From positions 1 to 54,620 of the forward strand of contig CAIQAL010000031.1 of NCBI GenBank assembly GCA_903869825.1: a stretch of DNA of 54,620 nt. The letters are read 5' to 3'. The DNA is from an uncultured bacterium. GTDB lineage: Bacteria > Patescibacteriota > Minisyncoccia > Phycocordibacterales > UBA9973. A program made the position numbers and the translations under genes. Below are positions 10,742-20,804 of the stretch, piece after piece. Below the pieces are notes generated by a model. That model was not told the origin of the DNA. It ran no database searches and saw only the letters and a program-made list of their open reading frames with translations. How positions within the stretch are numbered: position 1 is the stretch's first letter; each line of letters begins with the position of its first letter.

Positions 10742-11440
10742 TTATATCGTATTTTCTAAGTCATTAATAGTCGATCTGATATCTTCGGATTTAAAAATTA
10801 CCGAACCAGCAGCCAGTCGGTCTGCACCTACCTCAGCAAGCTTCCCGGCTGTTTCAAAACTTACTGCTCCGTCCACAGTCACTATCAAATCAGGATATTT
10901 TTCTTTTAGTATCTTTATGTTGTCTAAAACTTTTTCATCAAATGGTTGCCCTTGATAACCAATTTTGGCAATTCCCATACATTGCACAAAATCAAGATAG
11001 TTTACAAGAGGAAAAATACTTTCAAGCGGAGTTCCGGTATTTATCGCCACCCCGATTTCTATCACATCCCGAACGTAAACATCTATCCCTTCAATAAAGT
11101 GTCGAAATTCTTCCAAATCACCGACCGCTTCAAGATGAAAAATAATTCTCTTGGGTCCAAGCTTGCAATAAATATCAAAATTCTTAACGGCATCTACCAC
11201 CATCATATCAAGCTCCAAATCTATCTCTTCCCAAAATGGCATCCCTTCTTCTTCATTTAATATTTTTTGGAAATTATAATCTTCAAAACCACCAGTAGAA
11301 AATGGCCAAGTCTGGGAAGGGACAAAAATCCCGTCGCATAAGTCCAATTGGGCAACTGGAACAATCCCTTTCACTAGAGAAATTTGATTTTTCATCTCTT
11401 CGTAATCTTTTGCCAAAATTGCCGGAATTATTTCAATCAT
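10742..11440 (-). CDS. rpe: Ribulose-phosphate 3-epimerase
   Basis: IIPAIL, DLCDGIFVP, GYQGQPF, VDGAV; start at MIEIIP. Confidence 0.88.
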   Translation of the reverse strand: MIEIIPAILAKDYEEMKNQISLVKGIVPVAQLDLCDGIFVPSQTWPFSTGGFEDYNFQKILNEEEGMPFWEEIDLELDMMVVDAVKNFDIYCKLGPKRIIFHLEAVGDLEEFRHFIEGIDVYVRDVIEIGVAINTGTPLESIFPLVNYLDFVQCMGIAKIGYQGQPFDEKVLDNIKILKEKYPDLIVTVDGAVSFETAGKLAEVGADRLAAGSVIFKSEDIRSTINDLENTI

Positions 11441-11441
11441 T

Positions 11442-11930
11442 TTATATTTTATTAATTCTTCTAATGTGCCTTTCATCTTCGGAAAACTTCGTATTTAAGA
11501 AAAGTTCCACTGCAAACTTTGCTTCGTCTTCGCTCATAAAGCGTACTCCGAGTGATAAGATGTTCGCATTGTTGTGTTCCCGCGCGAGCTTAACTATTTC
11601 AAAAGTTTCGGCACTTTTCTTTCCACTTATATCAATCTCCGCTTGCGCTTCTTTTGGACCATAAAAAATAGCTGCTCGAATTCCTTTCGTTTTATTGGCG
11701 CAAATCGCTTCTCCTTGTCCAGAACCGCCTAAAATAATTCCTTTACTTCCAACATCATTTGCTACGGCTTCAGCTACTGGCCGAATAAAATCAGGATAAT
11801 CATCATCCTTGTCGTACTTTACATTTCCCTTATCTTCAACTTCATATCCCTCTTCGAGTTCTGTTATGTATGTTTTTAGTTTTTCCTTCAATCCGTATCC
11901 TACGTGGTCACTACCAATGTATATTTTCAT
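11442..11930 (-). CDS. rpiB: Ribose-5-phosphate isomerase B
   Basis: GSDHVG, DDYPD, GSGQGE, REHNNAN, RHIRRI. Confidence 0.93.
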   Translation of the reverse strand: MKIYIGSDHVGYGLKEKLKTYITELEEGYEVEDKGNVKYDKDDDYPDFIRPVAEAVANDVGSKGIILGGSGQGEAICANKTKGIRAAIFYGPKEAQAEIDISGKKSAETFEIVKLAREHNNANILSLGVRFMSEDEAKFAVELFLNTKFSEDERHIRRINKI

Positions 11931-11935
11931 AATTT

Positions 11936-12961
11936 TTATTTAATTGTATTTCCAGTCTTTATTACGTGATCTACTAATGTATATGTGTACCCCATCTCGT
12001 TATCATACCAACCGAGTACTTTTACTAAATTTCCCCCGACTACTCGGGTCATTGCTAGGTCGGCGATGGAAGCGTGTGGATTCCCGAGAATGTCAGACGA
12101 CACAAGAGGTTCGTTGGTAACAGTGAAAATATTTTTCCAACGTGGACCAAGCGACGCTTTGGTTAAAATTTCGTTTACTTCTTCTTTCGTGGTCACTCGC
12201 TTCGCGATGAAGGTTACGTCCACTATTGAACCAGCTGGAACCGGCACTCGAATGGATATTCCATCAAATAATCCTACAAGTTCAGGGAAAGCCAAAGTCA
12301 CAGCGATAGCAGCACCAGTAGAAGAAGGAACAATATTTTGCGCTGCTGCTCTACCCTCTCGTAAATCTTTTTTACTTGGACCATCAACCAATGCTTGGGT
12401 CCCGGTATATCCGTGGACAGTATTTAAAATCGCTTTATCAATTCCAATGGCTTCGTGTAAAATGGCGATCAAGGGACTCGTGGCATTAGTTGTGCAAGAT
12501 GCATTGGAAGTTATATCAGCAGTTCCAAATTTTTCTTCGTTAATTCCAAGTAATATTGTTTCACCGTGGACTGTACCTTCCACTCCTTTGGAGGGGGCAC
12601 TGATTACTACTTTCTTTGCTCCTTGGTCAAGGTGAAATTTTGCTTTGTCAAAAGATGTAAACAATCCAGTTGACTCCACTACTACATCTATCTCGAATTC
12701 TTTCCAAGGAAGTTTTGTAGTGTCTTTTTCTGAAAGAAACTTTACTTTTCTACCATCAATGATTAAATCGGTTCCGGATACTTCTACTTTGTGATCCCAA
12801 TTTCGGTAAACAGTGTCATGACGTAAAAGGTAAGCTAGGCTTTCAATCGAACCCAAATCATTAACCGCAACAATTTCTATCTCAGGCTTATCCCATGCAA
12901 CCTTTAAGAATGCCCTCCCGATTCGTCCAAAACCATTAATCCCCACCTTCAGTGTTTTCAT
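11936..12961 (-). CDS. gap: Glyceraldehyde-3-phosphate dehydrogenase (type I)
   Basis: GINGFGRIGR, SNASCTTN, WYDNE. Confidence 0.97.
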   Translation of the reverse strand: MKTLKVGINGFGRIGRAFLKVAWDKPEIEIVAVNDLGSIESLAYLLRHDTVYRNWDHKVEVSGTDLIIDGRKVKFLSEKDTTKLPWKEFEIDVVVESTGLFTSFDKAKFHLDQGAKKVVISAPSKGVEGTVHGETILLGINEEKFGTADITSNASCTTNATSPLIAILHEAIGIDKAILNTVHGYTGTQALVDGPSKKDLREGRAAAQNIVPSSTGAAIAVTLAFPELVGLFDGISIRVPVPAGSIVDVTFIAKRVTTKEEVNEILTKASLGPRWKNIFTVTNEPLVSSDILGNPHASIADLAMTRVVGGNLVKVLGWYDNEMGYTYTLVDHVIKTGNTIK

Positions 12962-13041
12962 AATTTTTATTAAATTAAATTTTAATATCCCTATTATATC
13001 AGAATACCTAGAGAAAATAAAAATGTGCTAAAATGGAGCCA

Positions 13042-13740
13042 ATGAAGATACATAGATTCATCGGCGCTTTTGACCTTAGTAAAAAAAGCTTCCAAATTAG
13101 AGACAAAGAAGTAGTAAACCAAATTAAAAACGTCCTCAGAATTAAAGAGGGCGAAATAGTGGAACTTTGTGATGGAAAAAGTATTTCAGTGATGGCGGAA
13201 ATTGTAAAAATTGATGGAAATGGTATTGGCGTCTTGATTAAGAGCATTGAGGAGAATAAAAATAAAACGGAAAACAGTATTTCACTTTTCTGTGCTATTT
13301 TGAAAAAAGAAAATTTCGAATTGGTAGTCCAAAAAGCAACCGAATGTGGGGTGACAAAAATAATTCCTATAATCACTGCCCGCACAATTAAAACCGGGCT
13401 CAATGTTGAACGTTTGCAAAAAATCGCGAAAGAAGCGAGTGAGCAATGTGGACGAATTACAATTCCTGAAATCTTGGAACCAATTGATTTTGAAAAAGCC
13501 TTGGAACTGGCAAAGGGAAATTTTAATATTCTGTTTGATGCATCTGGAGACTTGCTTAGTGTCACAAAAAATGAATCAAAAAACATAGATATTTTCATCG
13601 GACCTGAAGGCGGCTGGAGGGAAGAAGAAATCGCTAAAGTTAAATCCTTGGGTTTCATAATTACATCACTTGGCCCCCTAGTCCTACGTGGCGAAACCGC
13701 CGCTATTGTAGCAACTTACCTCGTTTCTAATTTGTGTTAA
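13042..13740 (+). CDS. rsmE: 16S rRNA m3U1498 methyltransferase
   Basis: NVLRIK, QKATECG, EASEQCGR, IGPEGG, LRGETA; start probably 13042 (track gives 13033). Confidence 0.93.
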   Translation: MKIHRFIGAFDLSKKSFQIRDKEVVNQIKNVLRIKEGEIVELCDGKSISVMAEIVKIDGNGIGVLIKSIEENKNKTENSISLFCAILKKENFELVVQKATECGVTKIIPIITARTIKTGLNVERLQKIAKEASEQCGRITIPEILEPIDFEKALELAKGNFNILFDASGDLLSVTKNESKNIDIFIGPEGGWREEEIAKVKSLGFIITSLGPLVLRGETAAIVATYLVSNLC

Positions 13741-13749
13741 GATAAATAA

Positions 13750-16700
13750 ATGGAAAAAGAAACTGCCAAATTTGTCCACCTGCATACCCACTCGCATTAT
13801 TCCCTCTTGGATGGACTTTCTAAGGTTGAAGATTTGGTCTCTCTCGCTAAAAAATATAAGATGCCAGCTCTCGCTATCACTGACCACGGCAACATGTATG
13901 GCACAATTGAATTTTATAAACTAGCAAAAAAAGCCGGAATAAAACCAATCATCGGAGTAGAAGCCTACATCGCTGAACGTTCAAGACTCGACAAAGAGTC
14001 AGGGATTGATAATAAGCGTTATCATTTAACGTTGCTTGCAAAAAATAATGAAGGCTACAAAAATTTGATCAGACTTGTCACTTTGGCAAACCTGGAAGGC
14101 TACTATTACAAACCAAGGATGGACAAAGAAATCTTAAGAAAACATTCCGAAGGAATCATTTGCCTTTCAGGTTGTATGGGAGGCGAACTTTCCCAAGCAT
14201 TAACAAAAAATGACCCGAACAAAGCGGAAAAAATAATAAAAGAGTATCAGGAAATTTTCGGGAAAGAAAATTATTTTTTAGAAATAATGAACCATCACAC
14301 AGTCTCGAACGACAAAGTAGTAAGAGAAAATATTATCTCTCTTGGAAAGAAATTTAACATTCCGATTGTCGCAACTTTTGATTCCCACTATCCACACACC
14401 GAGGACGCAAAAGCACATGAAACATTGCTCGCAATTCAGACGAATACCGACGTAAATGACGAAAATAAATTTTCCTTCGGAGACGATGATTATTCATTTG
14501 TAAATCCGGGAAAGGCGTATGAAATGTTCGAAGACATTCCAGAAGCGGTAGAAAACACTGTAATGGTGGCCGACCTATGTAATGTGGAAATTGACCTAGG
14601 AAAATGGGTCTTTCCAAATTTCATCGTTTCCGATGGAAAGACCTACGATGAAAAATTACGTGAGCTTACATATTTAGGTATTAAAAAAAGAAAAATAGAA
14701 GAAACCCCCGAACTCCTTAAGCGAGTTGAATATGAGCTAGATATAATTATAAAAAAAGGATATTCGCCATACTTTTTAGTGGTGGGTGATCTCTTACACC
14801 ACGCTAAAGAAAACGGAATTTTAACTATGGTCCGAGGATCGGTGGCAGGATCAATGGTGAACTACCTTATTGGTATCACAAACGTGAATCCAATAGAATA
14901 CAAACTTCCATTCGAGCGATTTTTAAACCCGTTTCGGCCTTCCCCTCCCGATATCGACATGGATTACGCCGACAATCGCCGAGATGAAATGATTGAATAT
15001 GCCAAACAAAAATATGGTGAAGACAAAGTTGCCCAGATAGGAACTTTCGGAACAATGATGGCCCGAGGTGCTGTTCGAGATGTTGCACGAGCTCTTGCTT
15101 ATCCATATACCATTGGTGACCGCATTTCAAAAATGATTCCCATGGGTTCTCAAGGAATGCCAATGACTATTGATAACGCAATCAAGATGATACCGGAATT
15201 AAAAGAAGCTTACGAAAAAGAAATTGACACAAAAGAAATAATAAATTTGGCAAAAAAGTTGGAAGGTTGTGTCCGACATATCTCGGTTCATGCCGCCGGA
15301 GTAGTTATCTCTCCGAAACAAATTTATGAATATACTCCCACTCAGCTTGACCCAAAAGGCGGAAAAATAATTACTCAATACGATATGTACAGCATCGAAG
15401 AAGCCGGACTCCTAAAATTCGACTTTCTCGGAATTCGAAATTTATCAATTTTGTCAGACAGTATTAGTTTAGTTAAAAAATTCTACGATGTGACGGTGGA
15501 CCTTGATAATATTCCACTCGATGATAAGAAAACTTTTACTCTTCTCGCCAAAGGTCAAACGGAAGGGCTCTTTCAATTAAACGGCTCAGGAATGACACGA
15601 TATTTAAAAGAATTAAAACCAACTTCCATCCACGATATCAATGCGATGGTTGCTCTTTATCGTCCGGGCCCGATGGATTCGATTCCCGAATACATTAAGC
15701 GAAAACACAATCCTCAATATGTCACCTACTTAGACCCCAGAATGAAAAAATTCTTGGGTGAATCTTATGGGTTAATTGTTTACCAAGACGACCTTCTTTT
15801 CTGCGCCCTTGAAATGGCAGGCTACAACTGGGAAGAAGCGGACAAGTTCCGAAAAGCGGTCGGTAAAAAGATTCCAGCTGAAATGGCGGCTCAATATAAA
15901 AAATTTACCAAAGGAATAGTCGACAACGGACAGACGTCGGCATTTGCCGAAAAACTCTGGAAGCTTTTCGAACCTTTCCAGGCGTACGGATTTAACAAAG
16001 CGCACGCCGCCAGTTATGGCCGGGTTGCATATCAGACAGCTTATATGAAAGCGCATTACCCGGTAGAATATATGACCGCCATTTTGACTGCTGAGTCCGG
16101 CGACGTTGAAAAAATTTCAGAAATAATTACCGAATGTAAAAAAATGGATATCGCGGTTCTCCCCCCGAACATCAATGAAAGTTTCGGTGGGTTTACTTGT
16201 TTAGCGGAAGACCCGAATTCAAAAATAAGTGCCAAAAACAAAAGCGTCAAAATCCGTTTCGGACTTTATACCATAAAAAATCTGGGCACCGATATTTCTG
16301 ATGCTATTATTGCCGAAAAAAAGGAGAACGGAAAATATCAATCAATCACTGACTTCTTGGATCGAATCAAACATAAAAATTTGAATAAAAAATCGCTAGA
16401 GGCACTCATCAAATCAGGATCGATGGACGACTTGGGTGAACGTGGAATGTTACTTGCAAACTCAGAAGATATGCTTTCTTACAGCCGGGAGGCTGGAAAG
16501 CAAGACAAAAATCAAGTTTCTCTTTTTGGTGAAATGAAAGAAGCAAAACCCGAATTTAAAATGAACAATATCTCTTCTTCCACTCAAGGTGAAAAACTCC
16601 TTTGGGAAAAAGAATTGCTCGGACTTTATATTTCGGGACATCCTCTAGACCGGCTCAGAGATAAACTTGAAAAAAGAGACGTAAATATTAAAAAAATTAA

Positions 16701-16962
16701 ATCGGATATCGGAAATGGAATGCCGATAACCATTGCCGGGATTATTGAAACCGTTCGACCGGTCATCACGAAAAAAAATGAACGGATGGCCTTTTTAAAA
16801 ATTGCCGACCTCACTGACTCTATAGAGGCCGTCGTTTTTCCGAGTATTTATTCAAACTCAATAGAAATTCTCGTCCCAGAAAAATGCATCGCTTTTTCCG
16901 GAAAAGTTTCTCTTCGAAATGGTGAAAAAAGTATCATCATCGAAGCATTAAAAGAAGTATAA
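13750..16962 (+). CDS. dnaE: DNA polymerase III alpha subunit
   Basis: PHP domain HLHTHSHYS, PDIDMD, KFDFLG, FNKAHA, OB fold. Confidence 0.98.
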   Translation: MEKETAKFVHLHTHSHYSLLDGLSKVEDLVSLAKKYKMPALAITDHGNMYGTIEFYKLAKKAGIKPIIGVEAYIAERSRLDKESGIDNKRYHLTLLAKNNEGYKNLIRLVTLANLEGYYYKPRMDKEILRKHSEGIICLSGCMGGELSQALTKNDPNKAEKIIKEYQEIFGKENYFLEIMNHHTVSNDKVVRENIISLGKKFNIPIVATFDSHYPHTEDAKAHETLLAIQTNTDVNDENKFSFGDDDYSFVNPGKAYEMFEDIPEAVENTVMVADLCNVEIDLGKWVFPNFIVSDGKTYDEKLRELTYLGIKKRKIEETPELLKRVEYELDIIIKKGYSPYFLVVGDLLHHAKENGILTMVRGSVAGSMVNYLIGITNVNPIEYKLPFERFLNPFRPSPPDIDMDYADNRRDEMIEYAKQKYGEDKVAQIGTFGTMMARGAVRDVARALAYPYTIGDRISKMIPMGSQGMPMTIDNAIKMIPELKEAYEKEIDTKEIINLAKKLEGCVRHISVHAAGVVISPKQIYEYTPTQLDPKGGKIITQYDMYSIEEAGLLKFDFLGIRNLSILSDSISLVKKFYDVTVDLDNIPLDDKKTFTLLAKGQTEGLFQLNGSGMTRYLKELKPTSIHDINAMVALYRPGPMDSIPEYIKRKHNPQYVTYLDPRMKKFLGESYGLIVYQDDLLFCALEMAGYNWEEADKFRKAVGKKIPAEMAAQYKKFTKGIVDNGQTSAFAEKLWKLFEPFQAYGFNKAHAASYGRVAYQTAYMKAHYPVEYMTAILTAESGDVEKISEIITECKKMDIAVLPPNINESFGGFTCLAEDPNSKISAKNKSVKIRFGLYTIKNLGTDISDAIIAEKKENGKYQSITDFLDRIKHKNLNKKSLEALIKSGSMDDLGERGMLLANSEDMLSYSREAGKQDKNQVSLFGEMKEAKPEFKMNNISSSTQGEKLLWEKELLGLYISGHPLDRLRDKLEKRDVNIKKIKSDIGNGMPITIAGIIETVRPVITKKNERMAFLKIADLTDSIEAVVFPSIYSNSIEILVPEKCIAFSGKVSLRNGEKSIIIEALKEV

Positions 16963-16967
16963 AAAGA

Positions 16968-17004
16968 AAAACCCCACGAATGAGATTTTTCTCAATCCGT
17001 GGGG
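16968..17004. terminator. Hairpin between convergent dnaE and an orphan gene
   Basis: ccccacg-aatgag...ctcaatc-cgtgggg inverted repeat. Confidence 0.55.
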
Positions 17005-17009
17005 AAAGA

Positions 17010-17453
17010 TTATGCTTCTGATTTTTTTGGTTTGAAAATTGCAATAGTAATCATTGCACTTTCAATTATGCATAATATTCCCCAAAAAAATACTGAGCCA
17101 AGAATATCAAGAAAGTAGTAAGCTATCTCTTCATATTCTGGAGTTGCGTAATGCGGGTCCCCCAGGTCTAGGAATGACAATAAGACCAAAAATACAAGTA
17201 CAGCGAACGCCAGGTTAAATACAAAATATTTATAAACAATATTTATATACTTACCTAAGTCAACTTTAGTAAGAAGTGCGGCTGCTATGGCTATCCCGCA
17301 AAAAAGAAATATAAATCCTGCTGAAGAAAACCCATTAGTTAACCTAACCGGACCATCTTCACTTTCAAAGGATAATGCAGCTGAATGCGCAAAACTTGCG
17401 CAAACAACCATGACAAATCCGACCAAGACCAAAAATAAAGAAATTTTTTTCAT
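17010..17453 (-). CDS. Orphan membrane protein
   Basis: Signal-like N-terminus plus three hydrophobic helices. Confidence 0.7.
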   Translation of the reverse strand: MKKISLFLVLVGFVMVVCASFAHSAALSFESEDGPVRLTNGFSSAGFIFLFCGIAIAAALLTKVDLGKYINIVYKYFVFNLAFAVLVFLVLLSFLDLGDPHYATPEYEEIAYYFLDILGSVFFWGILCIIESAMITIAIFKPKKSEA

Positions 17454-17623
17454 ACTTTAATGATTTTGTATATACAAATGCTTGGTCCATTTCGCGGCAA
17501 CCAAACGATCTTTTTGACTTATATACAATATAAGTATAGAAAGCACCCTAGAAAGAAATTTTCCGTCGAGAGTGCTATCTACACTTAATAATCAAATATT
17601 ATTAAAGTACTCTATACTACTGT

Positions 17624-17652
17624 AGTATAGCATAAAGAAATGTAAAAGTCAA
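17624..17652 (-). promoter_or_regulatory. Sigma70 promoter for the 17010-17453 gene
   Basis: TTGACT-17-TATACT with extended TG. Confidence 0.65.
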
Positions 17653-17688
17653 TAGATACAGCAGACAGAACCTTGCTTTCGTCTAGCA

Positions 17689-18279
17689 TTAATTATATAA
17701 GCTCATTGCCTTATCTTTGCCTTCCGTGAGAATAGTCTCAACTGCAAGTGCAACTTTTTTGGAAAGTTTTTTGAGTTCTGTTAGTTCACTATCTTTATAT
17801 TTCCCAAGCAAGAATTTTAACATTGCTTCCTCCCCTTTTGGTTTTCTGATTTTTCCGGATGGTGTAGCTGGAGCAATCCCAACCCTGATGCGAATAAATT
17901 CACGAGACTTTAATTTTTTGATTATTGACTCAAGGCCATTATGCCCACCGGAACTTCGGTCATAAGAAATTTTCATCGTGCCGATCGGCAAATCCACATC
18001 ATCGTAAACAATTACAATATCTTGCAACTTTAATTTATTTTTTTCTTTTTGAAATGCTACCGCCACCCCAGAATTATTCATGAATGTTGTTGGCTTTAAA
18101 AACTCGGTTGCTTTCCCTCCTAGTAAATCTTTGTAAAAAAGTGCTTTCGTTCCTGGGCTTTGTTTCCATTCTATTTTTTTACCCAAAAGAAAATCAAGCA
18201 TTATAAAACCAGTATTGTGCCTGGTATTTTCATATTCCTCCCCCGGGTTCCCGAGCCCTACCACTAATTTCATACTCAT
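17689..18279 (-). CDS. pth: Peptidyl-tRNA hydrolase
   Basis: VGLGNPG, TRHNTG, FMNNSG, GGHNGL. Confidence 0.96.
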   Translation of the reverse strand: MSMKLVVGLGNPGEEYENTRHNTGFIMLDFLLGKKIEWKQSPGTKALFYKDLLGGKATEFLKPTTFMNNSGVAVAFQKEKNKLKLQDIVIVYDDVDLPIGTMKISYDRSSGGHNGLESIIKKLKSREFIRIRVGIAPATPSGKIRKPKGEEAMLKFLLGKYKDSELTELKKLSKKVALAVETILTEGKDKAMSLYN

Positions 18280-18374
18280 ATGATAGCAAAATTTCTTCTT
18301 TATTTATTTTTAATTTTTAATTAAGATACAGATCTACTTGTTGTGTCAAGAAATATTTGTGATAAAATAGAGCA

Positions 18375-18950
18375 ATGGAAAATCAAAAAAATAAAACACG
18401 AGTGCAGTCTTTCTGGGAACTTGTCCGGTTTGCACTAGTAGCTATTATTATCGTCATCCCTATTCGAATCTTTGTCGCTCAGCCGTTTATCGTCTCAGGT
18501 TCTTCAATGGTCCCGACATTTTCTGATGGACAATATCTGATTGTCGATGAGATATCTTACCTACTCGGAACACCAAAAAGAGATGATGTGATTGTATTTC
18601 GTAATCCCCAAAATACAAGCATCTTTTTCATAAAAAGAATTATCGGTCTCCCGGGAGAAACAGTTGATGTAAATAGTGAAAAAAATGAGGTCCTCATTAC
18701 TAACAAAGATCATCCAAATGGCTTCGAACTTGATCAATCATTCATTGTAAACAAGGGCGGGATAGACGGTCATTTGGAATTAGGAAAAGGCGAATATTTT
18801 GTAATGGGCGACAACCGTCCCGCCAGCTCCGACTCGAGATACTGGGGAGTCGTGCCAAGAAACCTAATCATAGGAAAAGTTTTCTTACGATTGTTTCCAA
18901 TTAATAAAATAGGTCTCTTGCCTGGTGGTTATACCCAAGCAGAAAAATAA
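18375..18950 (+). CDS. lepB: Signal peptidase I
   Basis: SGSSMVPT, IKRIIGLPGE, GDNRPASSDSR. Confidence 0.96.
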   Translation: MENQKNKTRVQSFWELVRFALVAIIIVIPIRIFVAQPFIVSGSSMVPTFSDGQYLIVDEISYLLGTPKRDDVIVFRNPQNTSIFFIKRIIGLPGETVDVNSEKNEVLITNKDHPNGFELDQSFIVNKGGIDGHLELGKGEYFVMGDNRPASSDSRYWGVVPRNLIIGKVFLRLFPINKIGLLPGGYTQAEK

Positions 18951-18955
18951 AAAAA

Positions 18956-20251
18956 ATGAAACCACAAAAACATGTTTCAAAAGAATTGCTGACCCCGAAA
19001 GGAATGCGTGACATAATGAACGAGGAATATTACAACTTCCAAGGTTTTTTTGAAAAAGCCCAGGAAATAGCTATCTATTATGGATTCAAACCAATTGAGA
19101 CTCCAATGCTCGAATATGAAAGAGTCTTCACTTCCGGAATCGGTTCCGGTACAGATATTATCGATAAAGAAATGTATACTTTAAAAACAAAGGGCGAAGA
19201 CGAACTCGCTCTTAGACCCGAACATACTGCATCTCTAATGCGAGCTTACGTTGAACACGGAATGCAAACAATGCCTCAGCCGGTTATGTACTATCAATAC
19301 GGGCCAACTTTCCGCCACGATAACCCCCAACGAGGACGTTACCGACAATTTTATCAATTTGATTTGGATTGTTTAGGCTCCGGAAAAAGCATAATGGATG
19401 CAATGGTCATAAAAGTCGGAATGAATATTCTTGAAGAAGCAGGAGCTCAAAATCTTTCAGTCAACATTAATTCTATTGGTGACAAAGAATGCCGCAACGG
19501 ATACTTACGAGAACTTACTAGCTACTACCGAAAACATATCAATAATCTTCCAGCAATTGACAGAGAGCGACTAAAGACTAATCCCCTTCGAATATTGGAT
19601 TCAAAAGATCTAAAAACAAAAGAGATAAATGAGCAAGCTCCCGATTCGGTCAGCTTCCTGTGTCCATCTTGCAAAAAACACTTTAAAGAAGTGTTGGAAT
19701 ATTTGGAAGAAATGAATATTCCATATACTTTAAACAAAAACTTGGTCCGAGGGCTTTCTTACTATACGCGAACTGTGTTTGAAATAATAGAAGAAGCGGG
19801 CGGAGAGGAAGGCACTCCTATTACTATTGCTGGTGGCGGACGTTATGATTATCTTGCCCGTCAAATTGGCAGCAAAAAAGATGTCCCGGCTGTTGGATTT
19901 TCAATTGGAGTGGATCGAATAATTGCTGCTCCGTGGTATAAAAAACTTACTCCAAGAATATTAAAAAAACCAAAAATCTATTTCGTTCAACTTGGCGCCG
20001 AAGCAAAACTGAAAAGCTTGAATGTTATTGAGATTCTTCGCAAGGCTCATATTCCGATCGCTCAATCACTTTCAAAAGATAGTTTGGGTTCTCAGCTTGC
20101 CAGTGCCGAAAAGTCTGGTATTCCTTATGTTCTCATTTTCGGGTTAAAAGAAGCCTTAAGCGATTCGGTCATTGTCCGAGATATGTCCAATCGTTCTCAA
20201 GACACAGTCAAATTGGGGAAACTGCTTGATTACTTAAAAGATTTAAAATAG
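18956..20251 (+). CDS. hisS: Histidine--tRNA ligase
   Basis: PKGMRD, LRPEHTA, PQRGRYRQF, LVRGLSYY, GGGRYD. Confidence 0.97.
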   Translation: MKPQKHVSKELLTPKGMRDIMNEEYYNFQGFFEKAQEIAIYYGFKPIETPMLEYERVFTSGIGSGTDIIDKEMYTLKTKGEDELALRPEHTASLMRAYVEHGMQTMPQPVMYYQYGPTFRHDNPQRGRYRQFYQFDLDCLGSGKSIMDAMVIKVGMNILEEAGAQNLSVNINSIGDKECRNGYLRELTSYYRKHINNLPAIDRERLKTNPLRILDSKDLKTKEINEQAPDSVSFLCPSCKKHFKEVLEYLEEMNIPYTLNKNLVRGLSYYTRTVFEIIEEAGGEEGTPITIAGGGRYDYLARQIGSKKDVPAVGFSIGVDRIIAAPWYKKLTPRILKKPKIYFVQLGAEAKLKSLNVIEILRKAHIPIAQSLSKDSLGSQLASAEKSGIPYVLIFGLKEALSDSVIVRDMSNRSQDTVKLGKLLDYLKDLK

Positions 20252-20254
20252 AGT

Positions 20255-20794
20255 ATGGTAGTAAAAAAAATAGTTCAAAAAGAAAACAAGGTACTCCGAC
20301 AAATTGCTAAGGAAATTCCTGTTCGAGAGATTGCAACTCTTAAAACACAAAAAATTGTTAAAGAAATGTCTGCGGCCTTAAAAAGTCAGAGCGATGGAGT
20401 AGCAATTGCCGCTCCGCAGATAGGCTATCCCCTTTCTATTTTTGTCGTGTCTGGAAAAATTTTCCACGAAAAGTTTTTAAGAGGCGAAGACATGAGAAAA
20501 GTCCCAGAAAATGAAATTCTAAATGATTTGGTTTTTATTAATCCAAAAATTTCAAAGCTTTCACGTGAAAAGGATTGGGTTCCGGAAGGCTGTCTTTCTG
20601 TTCGATGGCTTTATGGCCAAACTCACCGGTCAAAAAAAGCTACAATCACAGCATACAATGAAACTGGCAAAAAATTTGTCAGAGGAGCAAGTGGTCTCCT
20701 AGCTCAAGTTTTCCAACATGAAACCGACCACCTAAAAGGCATTCTCTTTATTGATCACGCTAAAGAAATCAAGGAAGAAAAACTTAAGCAATAA
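20255..20794 (+). CDS. def: Peptide deformylase
   Basis: GVAIAAPQIG, EGCLS, QHETDHL. Confidence 0.96.
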   Translation: MVVKKIVQKENKVLRQIAKEIPVREIATLKTQKIVKEMSAALKSQSDGVAIAAPQIGYPLSIFVVSGKIFHEKFLRGEDMRKVPENEILNDLVFINPKISKLSREKDWVPEGCLSVRWLYGQTHRSKKATITAYNETGKKFVRGASGLLAQVFQHETDHLKGILFIDHAKEIKEEKLKQ

Positions 20795-20804
20795 TTTTTT
20801 CAAC

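Noticed and set aside
11985-13658. Long antisense ORFs (11985-12635, 13008-13658)
   Set aside because: Shadows of gap and rsmE.
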